Shown: one piece after another, positions 41,516-54,282 of the stretch
Numbering within the stretch: position 1 is the first letter of the stretch
How the letters are laid out: each line of letters starts with the position of its first letter
DNA from: Epiperipatus broadwayi
Taxonomy: Eukaryota > Animalia > Onychophora
Length of the DNA: 64,000 nt
Direction of reading: 5' to 3'
Assembly (NCBI GenBank): GCA_028023455.1
Contig: JAQFVV010000009.1
Span: forward strand, 7,750,001-7,814,000
Notes under the pieces: generated by a model
The model's input: the letters and a program-made list of their open reading frames with translations, nothing else
Told to the model about the DNA's origin: nothing
Databases searched by the model: none
Made by a program: the position numbers and the translations under genes

Positions 41516-42299
41516 TAAAATGTGTTATCTATTATCTTAAATATATTATATTTCATAAAAGAATTAATTGTTAATTAATTGATATTATTTTCATTTTGTG
41601 ATATCAGGTATAATTCAATGTTAAACTTTTAAAAGTTTTGATAATAAAAATGTCTTCTTGCATCACATATATTTTATTTTATTTAAAAGTAAAATTAATA
41701 TTTAGTAATTCTTTAATAACATTAAAATAAATATTAATATAATAATACAAATTTTATATTTGTATTATTATCATTTTCATTAAAATAAAATATTTGTTAA
41801 AACTAGCATTCATATTAAATAAAATAGGCAAACATTTTTACCTTTAGTGTTAAGTTCTTTATTGCACACATCATGATTATCCACAAATGAGTATTCAAAT
41901 TACCAGTTATTATGTAGAATTCCTATTTCTAATTGTTCTTTGCTTACAATGATGGTTAGACATCTGTAATTTAGATGAATGAGAGAGAGTTCTGTGAAAT
42001 TTTTTATTATTCTCCTATTTCTTATCAATGCAGCCAAAGAAGAAAGAATGGAATCACTCTCATATCCCTGCTGTTGTTAACTCGCCATGCAGTTAATGAT
42101 TATCAAATAAATAAAATATTTTAAATCTCTTATTAAAAAAAATCTTGTATCCAAGTTGATTACTATTTCCCCCCTCAGTGTTCTATATTACACATTAGTG
42201 AATTACATATGACTTTTTTAAAAAATTGATTGTTTGGAATGCTAAACAATATTATTTAATGTATTGTTTTACACAATATTAAATTTTAAAATAATAATA

Positions 42300-42670
42300 A
42301 TTAATTAACTAGATTTATGGCGATTATTATTATTCATTACCATTTTTTATAATAATTTCAATAAATAATATTGGCATCAATAAGAGATTTGGATGTTCCA
42401 TCTTCAGATTTTCAATGGTATGGATGTCTGAAGATTTGAAGGATGGAGTAGATAAAGTTTGAAGATTTGCTATCATAATATAAATTGAGCACTCATTATA
42501 TATATATGGGGGGGGGGATAGTGATCTGGACTAATTGATGAGTGCTGGTTTAGCATAAAATATGTGTATTGAAGATCATTTATCTTTTTTATATGTGTGT
42601 GGTTATGTATAACAGTTGTATGAAATAGATTGGATAGTTTAAAGCAGCTTGAAAATTTTGTGTTCAAATC
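42300..42670 (-). mobile_element. Short decayed LINE ORF2 C-terminal fragment
   Basis: ccccccatatatataatgagtgctcaatttatattatg resembles cctcccatctgtaatactgattgctcaatttccatatg in the 13.5-16.3 kb LINE. The PPP motif is shared with the other copies. Confidence 0.4.
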
Positions 42671-43329
42671 CCCTCTATTATAATAACTTCATTAATTAAT
42701 CACATATTTTATTATTACTATAAACAAATCTATAAAATTACTATTATAAATAAATATATGAAATTATTGGTATATGTTTATGCGTGCATTGATATACAAT
42801 CACATGCTATTGAGAACTAATGTTGTGTCCTTAGCTCTCAATAAAGAGATTAATGAACTAATGGAACGATTTTATCAGTGATTTTTGTTTATTATTATTA
42901 TTTTTATTTACTTCAATAATGTATTCATCTAAGATTATCTGTCTCAATATATAATGGCATCATAATTTACTTTATTTAGCTTTCAAATTTTACCTGATAA
43001 TAAAAAACTTTATGGTATTTATTTATTTTTCTTCCCAGGTGCAAAGAAATATCTGATTATCATTTTGGGACACCAAAAATTTAATAGATTGAATGTGTCA
43101 TAAATTGGCTGATTATAATAATGTTTCATGTTGGAAGTGATTATAATGAAAATAAAAGTTAAAAAAGATTGAAAATCACATACATCAATAAAGCATATAT
43201 ATATATATCAAGAGAGAGAAACAATATTGATTGGAGAAATTCCCGATTTATTATTTAGAATTATTAAAAGAAATTAAACTAATAGACATTTTTAAAACAA
43301 AAAACTACTAAAGTGCATTTCTTTATCTT

Positions 43330-44420
43330 GATTCTGAGCTTTCTTTAATGCTCTTTTTTTTAAAAATCTATTGTTTGTTAAAACTCTAGAGATTTTTGTT
43401 ATAGCTTGTTGATTCAATCTTTATTTTAATGTATTGCTCTTTGTTTAGTTCTTCACATAAAAGCAGTAATGAATTGACCTCTGTCACAATATATTTGCTT
43501 TAAATTTTCTGCTAATAGTACAGCTAACATTCTTTTGCTTTTAAAATTTTTACTTATCAAGCAGTTTTCTTGATGCTGGATCTGTAGAATCCATTCTACA
43601 ATCGTTTTTTATATATAATCACTTAAAATTTAAATGAGGCAGTTTTGGTCATTTTCCAAAGTCACTTTACAGGATTCAAAAAATTTTAGCTCATCATTTT
43701 TATCTGGATGTGTAATTTACAAGTAGGAAAAGTTGTGACATATCACTGAATTAATACATGATCTGAAAAAATAAATGAACTATATTTAAGACATCTACTT
43801 AAAAACTAACATTTTTAGTTTGAAGTATTATATATTGTCTTATTAGAATAACATATTTGACACCATTCTTTAATTATGTGAACTTAGAAAATTTGAAAAA
43901 CAATTAAGAAAAACATAAACATGTTTTGAAGTTGATATTATCAATAAATAAAACTACTTGCATATATTTAAATAAAAAATGAAACAAAGAATGAAAGAAT
44001 AAATTTTTTCACATTTTTTTTTTATACAAAAAACAAAATAATTACTTCTGCTCTTCTATTCTTTTTTTTTTTTACAGTTAATGTTAAAAAATGAAAGTAT
44101 TAAAATATAAAAATTCTTATATAAATTTTTTTATTCATTTTTTATTTAAAAAATTAATAAAAGTTTGCAATTTTTAATTATAGTTTATTTATCATCACAC
44201 ACATATATAGATCATCTGCTATATTTGTAAGACAAAAATTTACATTTGTTAATATCACTAAGTGTTATTATTTGCTATGGATTCTGAATATTGCAAAATA
44301 TAAATATTTAACTTTGTGCATTATTTCATGTGATTTAAAATTTCAAATATTAAAATATAAATATTTTTTTCTATATTTGTGTTACCAAATATTAATTATT
44401 AAATTTTACTACTAGCATTT
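43330..44420 (-). repeat. Dispersed ~1.1 kb repeat, copy 2, containing a decayed exon-like reading frame
   Basis: Colinear with about 29740-30790. Minus-strand acceptor ttttttcag at about 43762. The frame ...DELKFFESCKVTLENDQNCLI*ILSDYI*KTIVEWILQIQHQ... aligns with copy 1. Confidence 0.7.
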
Positions 44421-45703
44421 TTGATTTATCATTGATTTTTGTTTATACATCTATATAATTCTTTTCTTTATCTAGAATGCAAAAGTGTAACCTCACCTTA
44501 TTTATTTTATCTACCATCATTTACTTATTTGGATTTTTTCTCTGGAATCTTGATAATAATTTCTGTCCACATCTCAGGTAAGTTAGTGTTTAAAATTCTA
44601 TTTAGTTTTAAATTTTGCTTATTTTATTAGAAATCTTTATTTTCTATTTGTTTGATTTACATATCTTAGTATATTTTGATAAATTAATATAACTTAATAA
44701 CATTTTTTAATAATTATACTATATTAATTTTATGTAATAATAAAAATGCTTTTTTCATGAAACAAACATTTCAAAAATAAATTATTTAGAGTTTTAAATA
44801 ATAATAAGCATTTATATTATTGCATATGTTATCATAGTTTAATTACAGAATTTATATTATAAATATACTATTACAACTGAATTTTTATTATTGAATCTAC
44901 TTTTTTTATATTAAAAATAATTGCAAGTAGCATCCCCCCCCCCCCAATGTCTATATTTGTAAGCATGTAAAGACAAGCACATTTTTTTAGCACAAAGTTG
45001 TATCACTGGACAATTTATTAGTGAAATAAACAAGATAAAAAAAGTTAAAAACATGACATTTTAAAAAAATTTAAGGCTGTTTCTCTTTTAATTATAACTT
45101 AACAGATAGTTAGAATTTTATTTTTTAATTTAATATGTCTGTCGTTTTATTTTAAATGGCAAATGAATCTTTACAATTTTCAATAGAAAAAAATAATTAG
45201 AGTAAACTTTATGACTTATCAATAGATAAATGTAAAAAATAGTTTGAAAAACAAATATTTCTATTAGAAGAAATATTATGTGATAAAATTTCTTCAGTTT
45301 TACCTCAAATGACAAGTTATGTGCAGCAAAACTGAAAAAGTTTTCTTGCCCCCTCCCCTAATGATCGTATGATAAGTTGATATAAAAGTATTTAATCCTT
45401 TTATATGTAATTATTGCAAAAAAGTACCATAAGAGTAATCTTTGTAATTTAACTGGCAGTCTCCAAAACCCAATGACTATGAATCATGATTTAATCTCTG
45501 TCATTTTATTTGCTCAAAATTCTTATGAACTCCAGAGCAATCAATCATTTAATTATTTTTTTATTATTGTAAAGTATGTTAAGAAAAAATTAAAGTTAAT
45601 TTTCATTAAAAAGTGAAATATATTGTGTTAAAAATATTGTTATTATTATTTATTAAATTCACCAATGGCACTTTTATAAATGATGACAATGATATTTTAA
45701 ACA

Positions 45704-46402
45704 TAGAGGCAAAACTCTCCACACAGTAGTACCACTCATTCCAAGCCAGAGTAATCAATTGATGCAAGAACATTTGTGCATAAACTCCCCATCTAATGCC
45801 TACTCATCCAATATCCCCAAACTAGTTTCTAGCTTGTGGATTTCATCAGTGAGAGGAGCCTTGGATATGAGAGCACTACACCTAGATCTTAGGATCTAAT
45901 GCAACCCTCCAGCAGCCATTTTTTATAGCTAACTATAAAGGTTTGAGGCCAAAATAAAGATATAATAATGTTTTCAATTCAAGCTCAGTAGCTTATATAG
46001 TTGTATAGATCTAAACTCAATCCAGCATCCATACTTTTTGGTGTCTTTGGTGTTTTAATAACAACAGTCACCATAATCCTATTGGGCAAGATTGTTATTA
46101 GAACATTAAACATCACATGATCACCATTCTTTATGCTTACACAAGTTGTTTGCACAGAGGCAAAACTCTCCATACAGTAGCACCACTCAGTGCAAGCCAG
46201 AGTAATAAATGAATGCAAGAAGGTTTGTGTTAGTCTGGAGATATTGGATGAGTAGGCACTAGATAGGGATTTTATGCACAAACCTTCTTGCATCCATTAA
46301 TTGCTCTAGCTTTCACTGAGTGGCACTATGATATGGAGAGTTTTGCCTTTGTGTAAACAGCTTGTGTAAGCATAAAGAATGATGATCATGTAATGTTTAG
46401 TC
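45704..46402. mobile_element. Hammerhead retrozyme-like insertion, locus 3 (about 1.15 monomers minus-sense to 46229; plus-sense 46230-46402)
   Basis: aaaactctcc recurs at 45711 and 46162 (period 451). Flanked by ATATTTT(A/G)AACA at 45692-45703 and 46403-46414 (11/12 identical). Confidence 0.88.
45806..45866 (-). ncRNA. Type I hammerhead ribozyme, copy E (CUGAUGA/GAAA intact, GUU triplet, 2 nt insertion in stem I)
   Basis: AUCCAAGGCUCCUCUCA CUGAUGA AAUC-CACAA-GCUA GAAA CUAG UU UGGGGAUAUUGGAU. Confidence 0.75.
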
Positions 46403-46539
46403 ATATTTTGAACAGATGGAAGGGTAATTTTGATCATCTTTTAAATAATAATATAATTCAGCTAATAACTTTTAATGATATATCCATTTTATTTATTTAT
46501 TTAGATTGGTTAAATCTATCCAAATTAATAAAATTAATA

Positions 46540-47000
46540 AAGATCTTTGTAATTTTAAAAATAAAAAGGTGGCAGTAAGTCCTGATGAACTAACTGAAAA
46601 AATTTTAAAATATGGCGGCGATACTTTAGCTTCAAAAATGCTGGAATTTGTAAGAAATACACAGACTCATGAAGTTGATTTTACATTTATATTGCTCTAA
46701 TTAAAAATACTCTCAAGAATATTGTGCATTAGGTGCTTCCAGTCTTAAATGAATATTTCCCAGAGACTCAATATAATTTTATTAAATCAAAAAGCACTAT
46801 AGATATAGTTTTTGTTGCCAGGCAAATGCAATAAAAGTGTCTGGAACAAAGAAGTGGTTTACATGTTGCATTTATTGACTTGGTTCAAGCATTTCATTGA
46901 TTTAATTGAACAGATAGATAGCATTGTTTGAAATTAGTTGGTTATCCATCAAGGAACATTAAATATTATACAATATCTACATCAATGGTTTATAATCTTT
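46540..47000 (+). mobile_element. RTE-clade LINE RT fragment, decayed
   Basis: KKVAVSPDELTEKILKYGGDTL and PETQYNFIKSKSTIDIVFVARQMQ*KCLEQRSGLHVAFIDLVQAF match the RTE motifs KAPGPD...LLKYGG and PESQCGFR...RQLQEKCREQ...FIDLTKAFD. Confidence 0.8.
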
Positions 47001-48593
47001 TTGAAGTCACAAAATTTTATTTATGGGGGAAAAACTATTAACAAAAATATGCATGAACATGCCATTTATTAAAAATTATAATATAGAGGTTGCATAGAAT
47101 ATTCCTACACAGTTCCATGAATATTTTTAATTTTTTCTAAATATGATGTAATAAGGTAAAAAAAGTATTTTGTTCTATTCACTGCAGCACAGAATTTGAT
47201 TCACTGTTTCATTTTCATTAATAAAATGAATGCATCTTTATATATGAGCTAATGTCAGTGGACTCTTATTGACAACTTTATTATTAATTATTTCCTCAAT
47301 ATTTTCTGACGTATTTTTCATTTTATTGTTTGAATGAGAAATTTTCATAATTTTTTTATTTTTATTGCTAAACATAATTTCTACTATTTCGTAATATGCT
47401 GGCGAACAATAATTAAATCATTCATCTTATGTGAAGCAAATTGTTGCCTTCTTAGAAATTTTAAGTTTTTTCAAACTATTTTATTTGTTTAACTTATTAT
47501 CCAATAAACAATCATTAGTTTTTGATTCAAGATTGTTCTGCTTCATAGTAAAGTAGCATTCAATTTTGTTCTATTGGGCAGTTTTTCTTCTTTACCTTAT
47601 CGTGTAAAATTAGAACATGAATAGTCATTCAAATATTATCTATTATTTTTATTTTATTTTACTATGCATATTTTTGTCTTCCATATGAGATACATTTCCA
47701 GTAATGCTTCTACTTATATTTTTTTCATCACTAATATTTTACCCAGAATCATGTTATTATTTAATAGTAAACTTATCCATCAGGAGCTATTATGATATTA
47801 TGTTTTAAAATAATGCATTTTTATTGAAAAATGGACATAATAATTATTGAAATCATTTATTACTTGATTGTATACGGAAAAAAAACTAGGTTAAAAATAT
47901 TATTAGTTATAAAATTTATATACATCACATGGACCAAATACACATCAAAAATGGACTTCATTAAACCAAGCAATCTAAATGCTTATCATAGAGACATTTG
48001 CTTATGTAATTCACTTGGAAACATAAATTACATCATTGTCAACTGAGCATTTACTAATTTACATTAAAATTCATTTAAACATAGTGTGCTGCTTTCATAA
48101 TTTCATGGAATACTGTAAAAAGTCCATACAATGGTAGTTCTCCAAGAAACACTAGGTTAAGACCCATTGTTTTACATGATAAAATGAGAGGGAGTAATTA
48201 TTATTTGCAATTGGAAAAATCTAAGACATGCTTTATAAGTAGAGAGTGGACTAGACATTATAAAAATTTCATTTAAAAATGATCCATAAAAAATTCTAAA
48301 AATATGATGACAAGAATTATAAGACTAATATGTTGCTGGATAGAATCCATTTATATAAAATCATATCTTCATTGGATTGAATGCATGAAATGAATAAATA
48401 ATGCTCATAAAAAATATTTTATAATGAACTTGAGCATGGATTTCATAGGAGAGGCATATTCCATTTACATTATAAAGATTATTGATTATTTTTATTGAAA
48501 AAGCATGGATGAAGATAAAGGACAAATGGAGAGCTACAATTAAATGTGTTGAAGTCTTTCAGAATGTAAATTTTATGCAAAAAAAATTAAGTT

Positions 48594-48692
48594 GTCAAGT
48601 GTTGGTGGCCGACTGGTCAGACAGCTGCCTTACAAGCAGTTGTTCCGGGTTCACTTCCCGTTTGATGCTTTGACACATGAAAAAAAAAAAAA
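48594..48692 (+). pseudogene. tRNA-Val(TAC)-like retrocopy or SINE with A-tail
   Basis: A-box-like TGGCCGACTGG; anticodon arm CTGC-CTTACAA-GCAG; B-box-like GGTTCACTTCC; poly(A) at 48680-48692. AAAAAAATTAA on both sides is a possible TSD. The acceptor stem is weak. Confidence 0.6.
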
Positions 48693-48800
48693 TTAAAAGT
48701 TTGCATCACAAATATATATATAAATAAATAATGGATCAATTGTCCTATATGTGGATGTATTCATAGTCCATAAATTGGTTTATGTAGTCATTATTAAATT

Positions 48801-48849
48801 CATCATCATCATCATCATCATTATTATTATTATTATGATGATGATGATG
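48801..48849. repeat. Compound microsatellite (CAT)7(TAT)5(GAT)4 at the LINE 3' end
   Basis: Read directly. The CAT and GAT blocks are mutually complementary. Confidence 0.95.
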
Positions 48850-50257
48850 TTTCAAAGCAAAACTTTATTGAGTCTAAAAAGTTACAGAGTCACATCTAGT
48901 ACTATATTGATTTGTTACAAATGAAAAACAAATTACAACTTTCAGTATATAAGTCTTTATCATTTTTGCATATTTTTCTTTTTTCTTGTTTTTAAATTTG
49001 GTCTTCTATTTAGTTCAGTTTATGCTTGCATCTCTTTGAAGTTGGAAAAAATGCTGATGTTGAAAATGTCATCATCTATCTTATTGGCCTTTATATTTCA
49101 TAGACTGGATCTTTGTTTCAAGTGCGACCATGTAGCTGCAAACACATCTGGTTGAGCTAGGATGCTGTCTCTTTTTCTGAACAGTTCTAGTTTTATTGAA
49201 TATATTGCTGGGTGGCATCATGGGTTATTGGAAAGTGCAAAAGTGCATCTTGTACACCAGTAGGCATAAAGGCTGTATGTTGCCGCACGAATAGCAGGAC
49301 TGTTGTCTTTTTTAAAAGTATTTATTATTTCATCAATTGAAAAGATAGCCTTTCTGTATGTGGTAAATGTTGTGCGATGTATTGTTTCTAGGGCACTGCA
49401 GGAATGAAGAAAATGATCTTGTGTCTCTTCTTCTCTATGACATAGCCCACACATGGGGTCTATATTTGTATAGAATCTACGAAATCTAAGGAAATGTATT
49501 GTGGGCAGAGCATTGAGATTAAGCTTAAGTAGAAAATCAAAAAATTTTGGTTCTAATGTCCATTTTCTGAATTGTTGCAGTAGTTGCCTGTTGTCTATCC
49601 CAAGAACTGATGGATGTAGTTTAGGTGTCTGGTTTGGATATAGTATATTATAAATGTCCCAGTATGTATACTTGTTGTCATTATTGAGTGATATTTTGTT
49701 GTATATTGGCTTGAGTTCTTCAATCAGTGTGGATATATATCCATATGAAGGGGGTGGTCTGTCTGTGGGTATTATACTGATTACACACTCCAGGTCTGGA
49801 AATCTTTTTATGGTTGCTGTTATTAGATTTACTGTTTCTGTGTGTGAAAAACATTAATTGTATGGAGTCCAAGTCCATTGCTATGTGGTGGTCTGCTCAG
49901 ATTTTTTAAAGAAATTGCCACTGTCTTTCTCTTCCATATTAATTTGTTACAGATTGATGAGATTTTAGATATGAATGTTTTTGCAAATTTGATTATAGGT
50001 GTGTAGTAGGTAATTTTTGTAATTATAAGTTGATTAAATAGTGCTACCTTTGCATATATTGACAGGTATGACTTTTCAAGTGAGGCTGTGATTTTTTCAG
50101 CATCTTTTTTAATTTATTTTGAATTTTTTGCCTCATTCCATGGGTTCCAAGGTAGAATGGGAAACCAAGGAAAGCAGATGGTTTACCATTAAACATCTCT
50201 GTACAGTGCTTGCCTGTGTATATTGACCATGCAGCAGTTTTATTTGTGTTAATTTTT

Positions 50258-50260
<3 letters not shown>
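48850..50260 (-). mobile_element. 5'-truncated L1/Tx1-type LINE (post-RT region to 3' end)
   Basis: KINTNKTAAW...AFLGFPF aligns with AFNLRKSAVW...NFLGLPM of the 38-41 kb copy. Also DFLLKLNLNALPT and CGLCHREEETQDHFLHSC. Minus-strand AATAAA at 48864-48869. Confidence 0.88.
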
Positions 50261-50381
<121 letters not shown>

Positions 50382-52699
50382 GTAAAAAGTAAGCAATAAT
50401 TCTACAATCATGCAATACATAGTAATTGATTGAATAACGAATAATTGAAATTTTATTTTGAACCACAGTATTTCATTTTTTTACCACTAGAGGAATTATA
50501 TTGCAAAACAGTGTTTCCAGAATAAAATAATTTTAGTTTTTACACTTTGGGAAGATGGTGCGTGTAAAGATTGATAAATAAAGTCATTTTGACATTATGG
50601 AATTTGGAACAATATTTGGACTGATATGAAAAATTGAAAATAATAGTTGTATCTGCAAACGCTGATCAGCTTCATCTTTTGAAAATAATAAGATTGAATT
50701 TAGAAACATTTATTATGGATATTTTTAGAAAATTATTTATGATTTTTTAGAACATAACTTTGTTATTTATTTGATGCTTGCTGTAAGACAAAGAATACAC
50801 AAATATTCTTTACAATCTCAAAGTATAAAGCATTACAAATTATTTTAGTGATTGCTGTAAATCCTGTCTCAATTATTATATAAAGTATAATCTTTTTCAA
50901 ATTATCTGAAAATATACGGAGTTGACAATTTCACGTTATGTCATTTCAGACACATTTTTTCCAGAGAAAATATATTTTTAACTGAAGTAAAAATGCAACG
51001 ACTTACAAAGATGTAATTGGTAAGCTGAAAAAAATGAACACAATGCATTTTAGCATAGTCTTAAATTGGATTTAAACTAAATCTGGCATTGAATAATTTT
51101 TGTAAACTATTTGAATATTTTTATTCTTAATTAATGATTCAAACAATATAAATTGTATACTGCATGACATTAGACAATTTTATGTATTTATGCGGTGAAT
51201 GCCATGCATGAGTGTATATATATAATAGTAAAATTTCCATGCATGTGAAAGTTGAGATTTGCCATGTGCATGCTAGAAAATTGTGCTAATGATTATGCCA
51301 TGATCTTTATATAAATATGTCCACTCATAATATACATACATATAAAATTTTATGCATATATTATTTTTGATTTATATTTTTAATTTTTTATATTCAATTT
51401 TATATATTTAATAAAATTCTTTATTAAACAATATATATATATAGAATTTTAGCTAAATGAAAAGTCTATATGCTAAAAAATTCACAGGGAGAGAGATAGA
51501 GAAAGATAATTTAAAAAAGGCAAATGAAAATACAAAAATGTGTGTCAAGAAACCATAACTAACTATTTTCATTAATGATTCAATATCTTACTTTATATTG
51601 CAGCAGGAAATAATGTTAGTCAGATTTTGCATACTAGATATATCTGAAAATCATTCCACTTTGTATTATGTATGGATCCCATATAGTAACCTGAATTTAG
51701 CTTCTGACAGAATTTTTTTATACAGTTTATTAAAAAAAATATTAATAATTTTTCACTCTTTCCCCTCTTTATAGTCATTACTGTGTCTTTTGACATGCAT
51801 GGTGATTTTTTTATATTTTTTATGGTTGTTTCATTTTAAGAAAATTTTTCTCAGATTTATCTTCTATTATTTTTTATTTTCATTCACAATTGATTTATTC
51901 ATTATTAATTATATCCAAAATATCAAATTTATTTTCAATATTAGTTCTAAAAGTACTAGATATCTAGATATTATCTAAAAATAGACATTACAGTAATAGT
52001 CACAAAAGTGAATAAATCTCAATTTCCTTTCTATGTTCTTTATGAACATTGAAAACTTCTCCATTTCTTATTAGATAGTCTGTTTTTTTTTTGTACAAAA
52101 GTATCCCGTCCAATTCACACTAACTTCTAAAATATCATCATATAAGCAATACATTTCTGTCTTCTATACTAGAAAAAAAATATTTGTGCATTTCACTATT
52201 CTGGATCTAGTGGTGATCTTGCAGATTTGGAGTTTTTCCTCACAGCAGTAACTAGGCAACAAAATAATTGTAATATTTTTCATATCTCACATCTGTCTTT
52301 TTTTTTTTTTATAAACTTAAGTAATCAATGGATTCCAAATGGTAATTGTACTTGGACATTGGTTGGAAAATGGGTATTTAACTATCTTTAGCTAGAGGAT
52401 AAAACAAGAACAGAAAACTGTCAAAACTCTTACCATCTAATAGTTATCAAGCTAGTAAATACTGCTGTCTTCACTGAATATTCTTTGCCCTGAAGTAGGC
52501 TAATTATTATGAAATACTTTTTTTATTTACTTAAAATCATCTATAAAGGAAAGCAGTGAATAATAATAAGAAAAAATTTGTGTTGAATGTAAAAAATATT
52601 TTTATTACAAAACACCTCCCAAAATATCATAAAACTAAACAATCATGCAAAAAAATAAAGCAAAGTAAATTGAAACTGAAGAAAAAACAGAAAAGAAAT

Positions 52700-52985
52700 C
52701 ATAATAGATTATTCCTTAAAACCTTTATAAAAGGAGACTGAAAATGTAAATGTGATAACAAATAGGTATCACTGAAAAAATTAAAAAACTGAAATGGACC
52801 AGTGTTGACTATATATGGCAGTTGAACTCTTAACAGGATCTCAAGAAATTGTAAATATTCTAGCTCTCATATAAAATGGATGGATGAAATAAGAATGTTT
52901 GCTGATGTGCTTGAAAACTGGTTTAAATGTGAAGAGATTTTCAACATGCTGTGGAACAATAACGAGTGATTATGATGACAATCAT
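52700..52985 (+). mobile_element. RTE-clade LINE 3' fragment, decayed
   Basis: GITEKIKKLKWT, IKWMDEIRMFADV and WFKCEEIFNMLW, followed by a short GAT-type tail (tgattatgatgac). This resembles RTE C-termini. Confidence 0.5.
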
Positions 52986-54282
52986 CGTCATTCTTATATA
53001 GAGTCACTCATAACCATTTAATTATTAGGTGTTCTATTTTTTAATTTTATTTACCTTTGAAATCAATTATTTATTTAAATTAAATCATTTTGATTAAAGA
53101 AAAGAGAAGTTAGAATATTTCTCTCTTTAAACATGTTCCAAATTACTTTTTTTAAATATTTCATTTAAGTATATTACCGTAACATTAAATAAAAATATTT
53201 TTTTAATAAGTATCTCATTTCTACATCTTATTTATAACGAAATAAAATTGCTTTAAAAAGTGTAAAAAAAAAAAAAAGAAGAAAAGTATTGTGCTATATT
53301 AAACTAAGTAATAAAGAAATACTAATATGGCAATTTGTGCTCATGTTGTGATTTTGTGAACTCTAATAAAGAGCTACCCTTTCTGCTATGAAATATAGAT
53401 ATTTTTTTTTTTGCTAGCGATCTTTTTTTATATATATGTAAGCCCACTTTACCTAAAGTGATGCAAAATTTTAAAATAAAACCTCTTTTAAATTAAAAAT
53501 TATAACCAATCATTCTATGATTAAATAATAAAAGTGTAAATGTATTTTAGAAATGATATATACTATTGCATTGTTTTTCTCAGCTGTATCTTTTGTTTTT
53601 TATTTCTGAATATTATCAGTTTAGTGAGTTATTATAAAAATATTTGTTATAAAATAGTATTATTACGGTATGGTCTGGTTGACTTATTTCTTCTGTTTTT
53701 TATAGAAAACACAGTAATATTATATAAACAGTATGAAAAAACATTAGCAAAATCATAACTTCTATTTTCAAAATATTTTTTTAGTGCAAAAAAAACAACA
53801 ACTCATTTTCTTTAAAAGTAATAAATATTTTAATAATAGATTAACCAGTGAGTCAAGTGATTGCCCCGTCCTTATAACATATTATTTGTTTTAAAAATAG
53901 ATATTGTGATTTTTGTTATATAATAAAAGATGTGATTTATATATTTTTTCTTGTTCTCAAAATAGATTGTATGTATGGGGTTGATACTAATGTGCTTTCA
54001 AATCCTGATGAGCCAGCATTTGGCTAAGTTATAAATATTGGGAGAATTTGGTCTATTTTTATATATTTTTACAACAGGAGAATGTATTTGGTACAAAGCT
54101 ATTTTGTAATTTTTAATGCTATTAAGACCTTATATGAGAAAATGTTTTTTTTTATTTTTAAAATATATCAAGAAATGTATAATTATTACTGGAGAAAAGT
54201 CCAATAAAAAAAAAGTTCATTAGTATGATCACTATAAAGATCCATATTTATAAAAAGGGTGAACTCCTTCACATTATTATTA

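Noticed and set aside
46582-46605. CTGATGA...GAAA hammerhead-like string
   Set aside because: No stem II or stem I pairing. It lies in-frame within the RTE RT fragment (SPDELTEK), so it is a chance match.
54004-54050. CTGATGA-GCCA-gcatt-TGGC with a perfect stem II
   Set aside because: It is followed by TAAG rather than GAAA, with no convincing stem III, UH site or stem I. It could be a decayed hammerhead but cannot be supported.
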